Source: Anaerolineales bacterium UBA3499
Lineage (GTDB): Bacteria; Chloroflexota; Anaerolineae; Anaerolineales; UBA11657
Assembly (NCBI GenBank): GCA_002377585.1
Contig: DFQC01000007.1
Location: 84,670-148,669 of the forward strand
Length of the DNA stretch: 64,000 bases
Reading direction: 5' to 3'
The position numbers and the translations under genes are program-made. Below, piece after piece: positions 47,620 to 56,812 of the stretch (position 1 is its first letter; each line of letters opens with the position of its first letter). The notes below the pieces were generated by a model. That model searched no databases. It was not told the origin of the DNA and saw only the letters and a program-made list of their open reading frames with translations.

Positions 47620-47628
47620 TGGTATAAT
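47620..47628 (+). promoter_or_regulatory. Extended -10 promoter element TGgTATAAT upstream of recO
   Basis: TG at 47620-47621 and TATAAT at 47623-47628. The recO ATG at 47635 lies 6 nt after the hexamer, with no Shine-Dalgarno. No good -35 at 17 nt. Confidence 0.4.
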
Positions 47629-47634
47629 CGAAAA

Positions 47635-48453
47635 ATGGCGCGTACACGGACAATACGTACTGAAACGATTGTCCTTCGGCATCAAGTTTTTGGTGAAGCG
47701 GATAGGCTGCTCACTTTGTTGACACCTAATCATGGTAAAGTAAGAGCGATTGCTAAGGGTGTACGTAGACCATCAAGTCGTAAAACTGGCCATCTTGATC
47801 TTTATATGCGTTCGGATGTACTTCTTGTAAGTGGTCGTAATCTGTATGTTATTACTCAGGCACAGACCATTGATGCATATAGGCAATTGCGCGAAGATTT
47901 GGTTAGAAGTAGCTATGCTAGTTGTTCAATAGAATTGCTTGATAGTTTTACACCTGATGGAGAGCCAAACATAGATTTATATTATCTTTTGGGGAAAATG
48001 TTGTCGAGGGTTAGTGCTAGCGATAATCTATCAATTGTTATGCGCCATTATGAATTGCATTTGTTGGCAATGGTCGGGTTTCGTCCGGAATTGGAGTTTT
48101 GCTTAGGTGATAACAAACCTATACAGCCCGAAAACCAATATTTTGATGCTTTGGCAGGGGGCGTTCTATGCCCTAATTGTGGGGTTGGCAGACGCAATAT
48201 TCTGCCAGTTAGTGTGGACGCACTTAAATTGATGCGTTTTTTGCAAAGGAATGAATATTCTTCTGTCAAAAATTTAAGTGTACGATCAAGAATATTGGCT
48301 GAAATAGAGAATGTACAATTACATTACATTTCTGTGCAGTTAGAAAGACAATTGAAGTCAGTAGATTTTTTAGATCGTGTTCGTAGGCTTAATAATGTCA
48401 GTTTTGATAATATTACCAGAGCGGTCGGGGCTGTTAATGGATTTGATCAGTAG
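47635..48453 (+). CDS. recO: DNA repair/recombination mediator RecO
   Basis: The ORF track starts at a TTG (47593). The ATG at 47635 gives the typical RecO N-terminus (..TETIVLRHQVFGEADRLLTLLTPNHGKVRAIAKGVRRP.SR). A CPNCG zinc motif is present. Confidence 0.85.
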   Translation: MARTRTIRTETIVLRHQVFGEADRLLTLLTPNHGKVRAIAKGVRRPSSRKTGHLDLYMRSDVLLVSGRNLYVITQAQTIDAYRQLREDLVRSSYASCSIELLDSFTPDGEPNIDLYYLLGKMLSRVSASDNLSIVMRHYELHLLAMVGFRPELEFCLGDNKPIQPENQYFDALAGGVLCPNCGVGRRNILPVSVDALKLMRFLQRNEYSSVKNLSVRSRILAEIENVQLHYISVQLERQLKSVDFLDRVRRLNNVSFDNITRAVGAVNGFDQ

Positions 48454-48470
48454 AACATGTAGGTACATGA

Positions 48471-51452
48471 ATGAGAACCATGTTTAGTTTTCAAAAAGTA
48501 ATAATGTTGTTAGAGAAATTCTGGTCTGATCGTGGGTGTCTAATATGGCATCCATATAATAGTCAGGTAGGTGCTGGAACAATGAATCCTGCTACTGCAC
48601 TTCGAGTTCTCGGGCCGGAACCTTGGAATGTTGCTTATGTTGAACCCTCAATACGTCCTGATGATGGTCGGTATGGAGTAAATCCTAATCGTCTTCAGCA
48701 ACATTATCAGTACCAAGTTATTATGCAACCAGCACCATCAGATCCTCAGGAAGTATATTTGGAATCCCTGGCAGTTTTGGGTATAGACATGAGATATCAT
48801 GATATTAGATTTGTAGAAGACAATTGGGAACAACCTGCGATTGGAGCATGGGGTCTAGGGTGGGAGGTATGGCTTGATGGGCAAGAAATTACCCAATTCA
48901 CCTATTTCCAGCAGGTAGGTGGTGTACCACTAGAATCTATTGCAGTGGAGATTACATATGGTCTCGAGCGTATTCTTATTGCTACTCAGAACGTAACAAG
49001 TTTTCGTGACATTCAGTGGGTTGACAATATAACTTATGGAGATGTCAACCTACAGTCTGAGAAGGAACATAGTCGTTACTATTTTGAAGTGGCAGGTGTA
49101 GATCGACTACGTAAACTGTATGAGTTGTACAAGTCGGAAGCCGAATCCGCACTAAATGTCGGATTAGTTTTACCAGCATATGATTATGCTCTAAAGTGTT
49201 CTCACACTTTTAATGTTTTAGATACTCGAGGCTCTATAGGTACTACTGAAAGAGCAGTGTTTTTTAGGGAAATGCGAGGATTAGTCAGAAAAATAGCACA
49301 AACTTATATAGAGCAACGTCAGAACTTAGAATTTCCTCTTATGACAGATAGTACTGTTGCAGAATCAGAGATTGATAATGTGGATTTTCCTAAGGATCCT
49401 AAAGGTCCGATTGAATATCTGCTTGAGATCGGTGTAGAGGAATTACCAGTAGCTGATTTAGATTATGCAATTAAACAGTTGAAAGAGTTAGTTCCTGAAT
49501 TATTAATTCAATCTCGATTGTCATATTCTAGTTTGGATGTTAATGGTACACCTAGAAGATTGGTTGTCATCATTAATAATCTGTTATCAGATAACACAGA
49601 TAATGTAAGGATAGTGCGTGGGCCAGCCGTAAAACATGCATATGACGTTGATGGCAAACCAACAAAAGCAGCCAAAGGTTTTGCTCGTAGTCAAGGTGTT
49701 GCAATTGATGAATTGGAGATTCGTAATATAGATGATGGAGAGTATGTTGTAGCAAACCTACTGGAAGAAAAGGTAGAAATACCTGTTGTGATGGTTCGGG
49801 TGGCTCAAGAAATCATTGGCAAGCTGAATTTTCAGAGGACAATGCGGTGGATGTCAGGAGAGAATTCAATATCATTTTCTCGTCCAATACGCTGGATAGT
49901 GTCATTACTAGGTAGCGATGTGCTACCGTTTTCTTTTGCTGGGGTTGTGGCTGGACGCGAATCACGTGGATTAAGATCGTTATCGTCCAGTCCGATTTGC
50001 GTTCCTGAAGCTGCTGCATATTTATCTATTATGTTAGATCACAAGATTGTTATAGATGAATCAGAGCGTAGCAATATTATATTGGCTAATGGTCGTGAAC
50101 TAGCTTCAGGTGTTGGGGGTAACATTCTGGATGACGCAGATTTGTTGTTGGAAGTTGCTAATCTTGTTGAAAGCCCCAAGGTTTTTCTAGGCGAATTTGA
50201 TCGCTATCACTTGGATATTCCACAAGAAGTATTAATGGCAGTGATGAAGAAACATCAACGGTATTTTCCTGTTTTAGATGATGGTAATTTGTTACCATAT
50301 TTTGTGGGTGTTCATAATGCTGATATTGAGGATTCCGAGCTTGTTATCCAAGGAAATGAAAAGGTAATAAGTGCACGATTTGCGGATGCAAGTTATTTTG
50401 TTGAAGCGGACAGCAAGCGTAATCTGCAGGAATTTCGGCAAGACCTTGATAGACTAGTGTTTCAGGAACAGCTTGGTTCCATGATGGACAAATCTGACCG
50501 GATAGAGAAAATCGCTGTGGAATTAGCAAAAGTTTTTGGCATAGAAACCCAACAAATTGCGACAATTGCAAGGGCAGCTCATTTGGCAAAAGCTGATTTG
50601 GCGACTCAGATGGTAATAGAGATGACAGCATTACAGGGGGTGATTGGGCGTGAATATGCAGTCCGATCTGGAGAATCAGATGATGTGGCTAAGGTTATTG
50701 AGCAACATTATTGGCCTTTGCAGATAGATGGAGATTTACCAGAAAGTATGCCCGCGGTTATTGTTGGTATAGCCGATAGGTTGGACTCACTTGTAGGATT
50801 GTTGTCAGTTGGTCTTAAGCCTACTTCTGCTACAGACCCTTTTGGTCAGCGAAAAATGGCATTAGGGTGTGTGCAATTGCTTTTGGGAAAGAAGCTTGAT
50901 CTTGATCTTTGTGTTGCATTAGAAATTGCTGCTCAGACACAGCCAGTAAATACAGAAGGTGTTGTGAAGCAAGCATCAATTTTTATACAGAAGCGTTTTC
51001 AAAGTGTTCTACGCGATCGTGGTTATCGACATGATGTCTTAGAAGCTGTACTGTCAGTCCAAGGCTCTAATCCATATCGAGCATTGCAGTCAATAGATGA
51101 TTTGACCACATGGGTTGCACGAGAAGATTGGTCTACAATCCTTGATTCATTTGCGAGATGTGTGCGAATATTGCCAGAGAATGAGGAATTAGAATTGGTT
51201 GACAAGGGATTGTTTTCTTCTGAAGCCGAGACAGACCTCTGGGAAGCATTGTCTAGCATTGGACCTAGTGATACTGCGGACGATTTTCTTAATGACTTTG
51301 CTAGTATTATTCCTGCTGTTACATCTTTTTTTGATGAAGTTCTAGTTATGGATGATGATTTGGATGTTCGTTCAAATCGTATTGCTTTGCTCCGGTCTGT
51401 TACTCAGATGGCAGATGGTGTAGTGGACATGTCTAAATTGGATGGGTTCTAG
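48471..51452 (+). CDS. glyQS: Glycine--tRNA ligase, alpha and beta subunits fused in one polypeptide
   Basis: 993 aa. The first ~300 aa are GlyQ-like (FW...GC....PY...[48 protein letters not shown]). A ~20-aa linker follows, then a GlyS-like region ([10 protein letters not shown]...). Confidence 0.9.
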   Translation: MRTMFSFQKVIMLLEKFWSDRGCLIWHPYNSQVGAGTMNPATALRVLGPEPWNVAYVEPSIRPDDGRYGVNPNRLQQHYQYQVIMQPAPSDPQEVYLESLAVLGIDMRYHDIRFVEDNWEQPAIGAWGLGWEVWLDGQEITQFTYFQQVGGVPLESIAVEITYGLERILIATQNVTSFRDIQWVDNITYGDVNLQSEKEHSRYYFEVAGVDRLRKLYELYKSEAESALNVGLVLPAYDYALKCSHTFNVLDTRGSIGTTERAVFFREMRGLVRKIAQTYIEQRQNLEFPLMTDSTVAESEIDNVDFPKDPKGPIEYLLEIGVEELPVADLDYAIKQLKELVPELLIQSRLSYSSLDVNGTPRRLVVIINNLLSDNTDNVRIVRGPAVKHAYDVDGKPTKAAKGFARSQGVAIDELEIRNIDDGEYVVANLLEEKVEIPVVMVRVAQEIIGKLNFQRTMRWMSGENSISFSRPIRWIVSLLGSDVLPFSFAGVVAGRESRGLRSLSSSPICVPEAAAYLSIMLDHKIVIDESERSNIILANGRELASGVGGNILDDADLLLEVANLVESPKVFLGEFDRYHLDIPQEVLMAVMKKHQRYFPVLDDGNLLPYFVGVHNADIEDSELVIQGNEKVISARFADASYFVEADSKRNLQEFRQDLDRLVFQEQLGSMMDKSDRIEKIAVELAKVFGIETQQIATIARAAHLAKADLATQMVIEMTALQGVIGREYAVRSGESDDVAKVIEQHYWPLQIDGDLPESMPAVIVGIADRLDSLVGLLSVGLKPTSATDPFGQRKMALGCVQLLLGKKLDLDLCVALEIAAQTQPVNTEGVVKQASIFIQKRFQSVLRDRGYRHDVLEAVLSVQGSNPYRALQSIDDLTTWVAREDWSTILDSFARCVRILPENEELELVDKGLFSSEAETDLWEALSSIGPSDTADDFLNDFASIIPAVTSFFDEVLVMDDDLDVRSNRIALLRSVTQMADGVVDMSKLDGF

Positions 51453-51530
51453 AGTACCAATATTAATGCACATATTGTGTGACAAGCACAATTGTGTTTA
51501 TATTGTTCGTGCAACCTTAGTGACATCAAT

Positions 51531-53444
51531 ATGAAAGCTACTGAAGAGATTAAATCACGACTTGACATTATAGAAATCATTGGAGAAACTGTAAAGCTCC
51601 GTCGAACCGGGAATGCATATACTGGATTTTGTCCATTTCATGACAACAAGAATACACCAGCTTTTGTAGTTTGGCCGGATACCGGAAGTTGGAAATGTTT
51701 TGGTGCTTGTAATGAAGGGGGTGATGTTTTTAGTTTTCTGATGAAAAAAGAAGGGTGGGAGTTTTTGGAAGCTTTACAGTACCTTAGTCATCGTACTGGA
51801 GTAGAGCTGGAGCATCAATCTCCGCAACAGGAAAATGAACGGCAAGAGCGTCGGAGAATGCACCACTTGCTTACTATGGTAAGCGAATACTACCATAAAT
51901 TATTGATTGATAATGAAGCTGCAGATAGGGCTCGTAAGCTACTGTTACAGCGAGGTTTGTCAGAGGAAACATGGGGCATATTCAGGCTTGGATATGCTCT
52001 TTCTAGTTGGGACGAATTGCGCAAGTTTTGTTTAGGGCAAGGTTACTCTGATGATGATCTTGTATCTGTAGGTTTGTTAGTAAAAAAAGATAATGGTAGG
52101 GTCTATGATAGATTTCGTGACCGTATTATGATGCCGATTTGTCTGCAGCAGGGACAGGTTGTAGGTTTTGGTGCTCGCGTAGTTGGCTCAGATGATCAAC
52201 CCAAGTTCATTAATTCTCCACAAACCACATTTTTTGACAAAGGATCTCTTCTTTATGGTATTGATAAAGCTTATATGCGTATTCGCGAAGAACGTGCGGC
52301 TGTACTGGTTGAAGGTTACATGGATGTAATCGCAGCACATCAGGACGGTTTTACAAATGTGGTATCTGCAATGGGTACCGCATTAACAGAAAAACAGCTA
52401 CGTTTGTTAAAAAGGTATGCTCCACGTGTTGTGTTAGCATTGGATCCTGATGTTGCTGGTGATCGTGCAACTCTTCGTAGCCTGAGCGTCGCCAGGCAAA
52501 ATTTGGAACGGGAGTCAGCGCCTATTTTTGATCCACGAGGTTTGCTCCGTGATGAAGGTCATCTAGAACTTGACATTCGTGTAGCAACTATGCCAAATGA
52601 AATGGACCCAGATGAGCTTATAGCATCTGATCCAGAATCTTGGCGATCTTTAATATCGAAAGCACCATCGATTGTTGATTATGTTATGAATGTGTTTACT
52701 ACAGGTCGTGATTTGCAGGATTCTAAGGTCAAAGCTGAAATAATCGATGATATTGTCCCTATAATTTCTGACGTGAGTCATCCGGCAGAAAGAGCGGATT
52801 ATATGCAAAAACTAGCACGTGTCCTTCGTGTTGATGAACGGATGATACATATGGGTAAAAAGACTGGATTTGGTAGTAGAGATAATTACAATCGAGCTAT
52901 TTCGGATAGCAATGAGCCACAAAAGCATTTAGAAGTGATTGATGAACTTGAGAATTATCTTGTGGTGGCTTTCTTACGTAAACCTGAGGTAGTCGCAAGA
53001 GTCGACCGCGCATTGCGAGAAGCGGGTTCAGAAGTACTGTCTTCCCGCGATTTTGGTATTACTGAATATCAAAGGCTATTCGAAATAATTAAGGCTAGTA
53101 TAAATCAGGCTGTGACTACTCCAAAAGAATACATAGAAAACAATATGGATGTTGGTCTGCATGAGAGTTGGCAAGAACTGTGCTATGCTGGAAATGAGCT
53201 AGTATTAGAAGATGAACGTCGTATTCAGGATGTTATTAGTTCTGCAATAAGATTGCGTAGCCGTAATTTACGTCATTGGCTTATTGAGTTGCAGCATCTT
53301 GAAACTGGTATGCGAGGTCAAGGTGATTTAGAGCAGGCACAAAATTATCAGGACCTTACATTGGAATACACTCGTGCTCTTAGAGGATTGCAAAGTTTGT
53401 TGCGTGATTATTCAAACCCGTTGAGTGCACTAGGCACCAACTAG
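51531..53444 (+). CDS. dnaG: DNA primase
   Basis: The ORF track starts at a TTG (51492). The ATG at 51531 gives MKATEEIKSRLDIIEIIGE, the usual N-terminus. Has the CHC2 zinc finger CPFHDNKNTPAFVV....WKCFGC and the TOPRIM EGYMDVIA...DPDVAG. Confidence 0.9.
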   Translation: MKATEEIKSRLDIIEIIGETVKLRRTGNAYTGFCPFHDNKNTPAFVVWPDTGSWKCFGACNEGGDVFSFLMKKEGWEFLEALQYLSHRTGVELEHQSPQQENERQERRRMHHLLTMVSEYYHKLLIDNEAADRARKLLLQRGLSEETWGIFRLGYALSSWDELRKFCLGQGYSDDDLVSVGLLVKKDNGRVYDRFRDRIMMPICLQQGQVVGFGARVVGSDDQPKFINSPQTTFFDKGSLLYGIDKAYMRIREERAAVLVEGYMDVIAAHQDGFTNVVSAMGTALTEKQLRLLKRYAPRVVLALDPDVAGDRATLRSLSVARQNLERESAPIFDPRGLLRDEGHLELDIRVATMPNEMDPDELIASDPESWRSLISKAPSIVDYVMNVFTTGRDLQDSKVKAEIIDDIVPIISDVSHPAERADYMQKLARVLRVDERMIHMGKKTGFGSRDNYNRAISDSNEPQKHLEVIDELENYLVVAFLRKPEVVARVDRALREAGSEVLSSRDFGITEYQRLFEIIKASINQAVTTPKEYIENNMDVGLHESWQELCYAGNELVLEDERRIQDVISSAIRLRSRNLRHWLIELQHLETGMRGQGDLEQAQNYQDLTLEYTRALRGLQSLLRDYSNPLSALGTN

Positions 53445-53499
53445 TAACGCGAATGTCACGCTTACTTTAAGCTAATATAGTCTGAAAATAAAACCGTTG

Positions 53500-53528
53500 T
53501 TGACTCCTTTTATTACGTGTGATAAACT
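53500..53528 (+). promoter_or_regulatory. Candidate sigma70-type promoter of the nuo operon: TTGACT-N17-TAAACT with upstream TG (extended -10)
   Basis: TTGACT at 53500-53505, a 17-nt spacer whose last three bases are TGa (53520-53522), and TAAACT at 53523-53528. It lies about 80 nt upstream of the nuoA ATG, which has a GGGAG Shine-Dalgarno. Confidence 0.4.
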
Positions 53529-53537
53529 CGTTTTAAC

Positions 53538-53557
53538 ATTGTGACAAAAGCCACAAT
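53538..53557 (+). promoter_or_regulatory. Palindromic operator-like site ATTGTG-N8-CACAAT (Rex-like or CRP/FNR-like) just downstream of the putative nuo -10
   Basis: ATTGTGACAAAAGCCACAAT has perfect 6-bp arms. It fits TTGTGA-N6-.CACAA / TGTGA-N6-cCACA. The regulator identity is not determinable from this window. Confidence 0.35.
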
Positions 53558-53608
53558 TAGATCATCAAGATAGATCATTAACAGTCTGATTAAGTTAGGG
53601 AGTAACCA

Positions 53609-53980
53609 ATGCCACTACAAGAATTGTTGAGGGATTACTTACCCATCGCCATATTGCTTGCAGTGTCAACAGGGCTAGCTATTGCTATGGTCGTGCTTGG
53701 TCAGATACTTGGTCCTCGTAGGGATACTCCTGAAAAACTCATGCCATATGAGTCGGGCATGACACCAATAGGGACAGCAGTGCGACGTATGCCGGTACGG
53801 TATTATCTTATAGCTGTTCTGTTTGTTTTATTTGATATAGAAGTGATCTTCTTGTTGCCATATGCTGTTGTCCTAAGGAAACTTGGACTATTTGGACTTA
53901 TTGAGATGCTGGTGTTCGTGATGATTTTGTTGGTAGGGTACGTATATGTATGGAAAAAAGGTGCTTTAGAATGGGAATGA
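53609..53980 (+). CDS. nuoA: NADH-quinone oxidoreductase subunit A
   Basis: 123 aa with three TM segments. Has YE.G and the FD.E..FL.P motif. First gene of a collinear nuo cluster. Confidence 0.9.
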   Translation: MPLQELLRDYLPIAILLAVSTGLAIAMVVLGQILGPRRDTPEKLMPYESGMTPIGTAVRRMPVRYYLIAVLFVLFDIEVIFLLPYAVVLRKLGLFGLIEMLVFVMILLVGYVYVWKKGALEWE

Positions 53981-54024
53981 TGGACACTTAATTCTAGAGG
54001 AACATGTGAGAGAGGCTAATTGTT

Positions 54025-54507
54025 ATGGGCGCTGAAAATAAGTTGGGTAATCTTGGAATCGTTACTACAACGCTGGAAGCGGTAGTGAATTGGGGTCGAA
54101 CTGGTGCTATGTGGCCTATGCTTTTTGGTTTAGCGTGCTGTGCAATGGAGATGATTGCTACTCAAGCTGCGAATTATGATGTCAGTCGGTTTGGAATGGA
54201 ATTGATGCGTGCTTCTCCTCGACAGAGTGATTTGATGATTGTAGCTGGACGTGTCAGCCGAAAGATGGCTCCAGTGCTTCGTCGTCTATATGATCAAATG
54301 CCGGATCCAAAATGGGTTATTGCTATGGGTGATTGTGCATCGTGCAGCGGTGTATTTAACAATTACGCTCTTGTGCAAGGTGTAGACGAAATTGTTCCAG
54401 TAGATGTATATGTGGCTGGGTGTCCGCCACGACCGGAGGCATTGATTGACGGGATAATGAAATTGCATGACAAGGTACGTGAGGAAAGTATCACTCACTG
54501 GGCATAA
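54025..54507 (+). CDS. nuoB: NADH-quinone oxidoreductase subunit B
   Basis: 160 aa. Has [18 protein letters not shown] and GCPPRPE (N2 cluster ligands). Confidence 0.95.
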   Translation: MGAENKLGNLGIVTTTLEAVVNWGRTGAMWPMLFGLACCAMEMIATQAANYDVSRFGMELMRASPRQSDLMIVAGRVSRKMAPVLRRLYDQMPDPKWVIAMGDCASCSGVFNNYALVQGVDEIVPVDVYVAGCPPRPEALIDGIMKLHDKVREESITHWA

Positions 54508-55036
54508 TATATTGAATAACCATATAGAAACTACTATAGATCAAGTGCGAGCATCGCATCCAGAAGCTATTGAAAGTGTGGTGCATTTTCGTGAAGAGCC
54601 GACTCTTATTGTGGCTGCCACTTATTTATTGGATGTATGTAATTTACTGCGCTTTGACTCCAGTTTAGATTACTCATTGCTTGTAGATATTGCGGCTGTA
54701 GACCACTATCCAAATGAACCTCGTTTTTCATTGTCGTACATACTGCATGCGTTAGAAAAAAACGCACGTATACGCTTGCAAGTTAAGCTTCCTGGGAAGT
54801 CTCCTGAAGTGTCGAGTGTAACTGAGTGTTGGAAGTCTGCCGAATGGCCAGAGAGAGAGGCGTTTGACATGATGGGCATTAATTTCGTAGGTCATCCTGA
54901 CCTACGCCGCATTCTTATGCCGGCAGATTGGGATGGGCATCCTTTACGTAAAGATTACCCACTTGGTTATGAGGAAGTTCAATTTTCATTCAACTGGGAA
55001 GAGATTGACAGCAAGAAAGATTATGCCAAGGAATGA
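54467..55036 (+). CDS. nuoC: NADH-quinone oxidoreductase subunit C (start uncertain)
   Basis: 189 aa as the longest ORF, overlapping nuoB by 41 nt. An in-frame TTG at 54512 just after the nuoB stop is an alternative start. Has the conserved [22 protein letters not shown] block. Confidence 0.85.
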   Translation: MTRYVRKVSLTGHNILNNHIETTIDQVRASHPEAIESVVHFREEPTLIVAATYLLDVCNLLRFDSSLDYSLLVDIAAVDHYPNEPRFSLSYILHALEKNARIRLQVKLPGKSPEVSSVTECWKSAEWPEREAFDMMGINFVGHPDLRRILMPADWDGHPLRKDYPLGYEEVQFSFNWEEIDSKKDYAKE

Positions 55037-55037
55037 T

Positions 55038-56273
55038 ATGAGTCAGGTTCGAAAATTAGAAACGACTTTGGATGAACTTAAAACACTGTTTAGTGATAAG
55101 GCTCAAACAGGCGAGACGATGGTGCTCAATCTTGGACCGCAGCATCCTAGCACTCATGGTGTGTTGCGTCTAATTTTAGAGTTGGATGGTGAAGAGGTAG
55201 TACGTTGTGTGCCTGACGTGGGTTTTTTGCACACTGGCATAGAGAAGAACATGGAGGCGAAAACATATCTCAAAGCTCTTGTTATGACAGACCGTATGGA
55301 TTATCTAAACAATTTAGGTAATAACCTTACATATTGTTTAGCAATTGAGAAGCTTTGTAATATTGAAGTGCCTAAACGAGCCCAAGTAATCAGAGTAATT
55401 TGTGCAGAGTTACAACGTATTGCATCTCATTTGGTATGGTTGGGCACTTCTGCGATGGATCTTAATGCCAGTAGTGTTCTCATATACTGCTTCCGTGATC
55501 GAGAAAACTTATTAGATATTTTCGAGATGATTGGCGGCCAGCGTATGATGACTTCATATATTCGTCCTGGTGGGGTGTGGAGGGATGTTCCGGACGAATT
55601 TGTTCCTGCTGTAAATCGTTTTCTCGACTATTTGCCGGAAAAACTGGCAGACTATGAGCGAATGTTGACACGTAATCCTTTGTTTATGAGACGCACGATT
55701 GATATTGGTATTATTGATCCGTCTGATGCTTTGGAACGTGGTATGACAGGTTCTTCATTGCGTGGTTCTGGTATTAACTACGATGTTCGTAGAGCTATGC
55801 CATACAGTGGGTACGACGAATATGATTTTGATGTTCCTCTAGAAGATGGTTGTGATGTGTATGCTCGTTATCGAGTGAGGATGCGCGAATTTCACGAGTC
55901 TATGAGGATTATAAAGCAAGCTTTAGATAAATTAGAGCCTGGCCCAGTTATTACGGATGATCGTAAATATAGTCCACCCCCGCGTTCAGAGCTAGGTAAT
56001 AGCATGGAAGCTGTGATTCATCATTTTAAATACTGGACGGAAGGTTTCTCGGCTCCGAAAGGTGAGGTGTATGTAGCGACTGAGTCACCGAGAGGAGAAC
56101 TAGGTTGTTGTCTAGTTGGTGATGGTAGTCCGAAGCCTGGTAGAGTTCACTTTCGTACTCCATCATTTCATAATCTACAATCTTTATCGTTTATGTCTGA
56201 AGGGTATCTAGTTGCTGACCTTGTGGCAATGATTGGTTCCATAGATATAGTGCTAGGAGATGTAGACCGGTGA
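55038..56273 (+). CDS. nuoD: NADH-quinone oxidoreductase subunit D
   Basis: The longest ORF (54933) overlaps nuoC by about 100 nt. The ATG at 55038, 2 nt after the nuoC stop, gives MSQVRK... followed by NLGPQHPSTHGVLRL. The C-terminal DIVLGDVDR is present. Confidence 0.9.
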   Translation: MSQVRKLETTLDELKTLFSDKAQTGETMVLNLGPQHPSTHGVLRLILELDGEEVVRCVPDVGFLHTGIEKNMEAKTYLKALVMTDRMDYLNNLGNNLTYCLAIEKLCNIEVPKRAQVIRVICAELQRIASHLVWLGTSAMDLNASSVLIYCFRDRENLLDIFEMIGGQRMMTSYIRPGGVWRDVPDEFVPAVNRFLDYLPEKLADYERMLTRNPLFMRRTIDIGIIDPSDALERGMTGSSLRGSGINYDVRRAMPYSGYDEYDFDVPLEDGCDVYARYRVRMREFHESMRIIKQALDKLEPGPVITDDRKYSPPPRSELGNSMEAVIHHFKYWTEGFSAPKGEVYVATESPRGELGCCLVGDGSPKPGRVHFRTPSFHNLQSLSFMSEGYLVADLVAMIGSIDIVLGDVDR

Positions 56274-56812
56274 GTTCTAATACAGCAAATCAGACACTTC
56301 GCACTAGATATTCTGCTGAAGTAAAAGATATACTGCAGCGTTATCCAGATGATCAAAAGCGGTCAGCAGTGATGCCGCTTCTTTTTCTTGCGCAGAAGGA
56401 AGGTTTGCAGGCAACTGTGTCTGTAATGAGTGAAATTGCCCAAATCTTAGAGATTTCAATTACTCAAGTGGCTTCCATTGTTGGATTTTATACACTTTAC
56501 TATGCACACTCTGGAGGGAAAAACAGAATACAGATCTGCACTGATCTTCCATGCGCTTTGCGGGGTGCAGATGATTTTGCTGACAAAGTGTGTGAAAAAT
56601 TGGGTGTGAAGTTAGGTGAAACAACTGAGGATGGTGAGTTTACTGTTGAGTCGGTTATGTGTTTGGCGGCTTGTGACAAAGCACCAATGTTCCAAGTGCA
56701 AAATAGAGATGGTATCAGTTACCACGAGCGTCAGACTATTTCCGATGTACAGGCGGTAATTGAACAATTAGGAAATGCTGAGATTGATAAAAGTCCAGAA
56801 GGTTCTGAATGA
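56270..56812 (+). CDS. nuoE: NADH-quinone oxidoreductase subunit E
   Basis: 180 aa with a GTG start overlapping the nuoD stop. Has [2Fe-2S] ligands in the C.DLPCALRGAD and CL.ACD.AP contexts. Confidence 0.9.
   Translation: MSSNTANQTLRTRYSAEVKDILQRYPDDQKRSAVMPLLFLAQKEGLQATVSVMSEIAQILEISITQVASIVGFYTLYYAHSGGKNRIQICTDLPCALRGADDFADKVCEKLGVKLGETTEDGEFTVESVMCLAACDKAPMFQVQNRDGISYHERQTISDVQAVIEQLGNAEIDKSPEGSE

Noticed and set aside
53443-53467. Imperfect hairpin AGTAACGCG-AATGTCA-CGCTTACT right after the dnaG stop, considered as a terminator
   Set aside because: The stem is bulged and short, and no U-tract follows. I could not support a terminator call.
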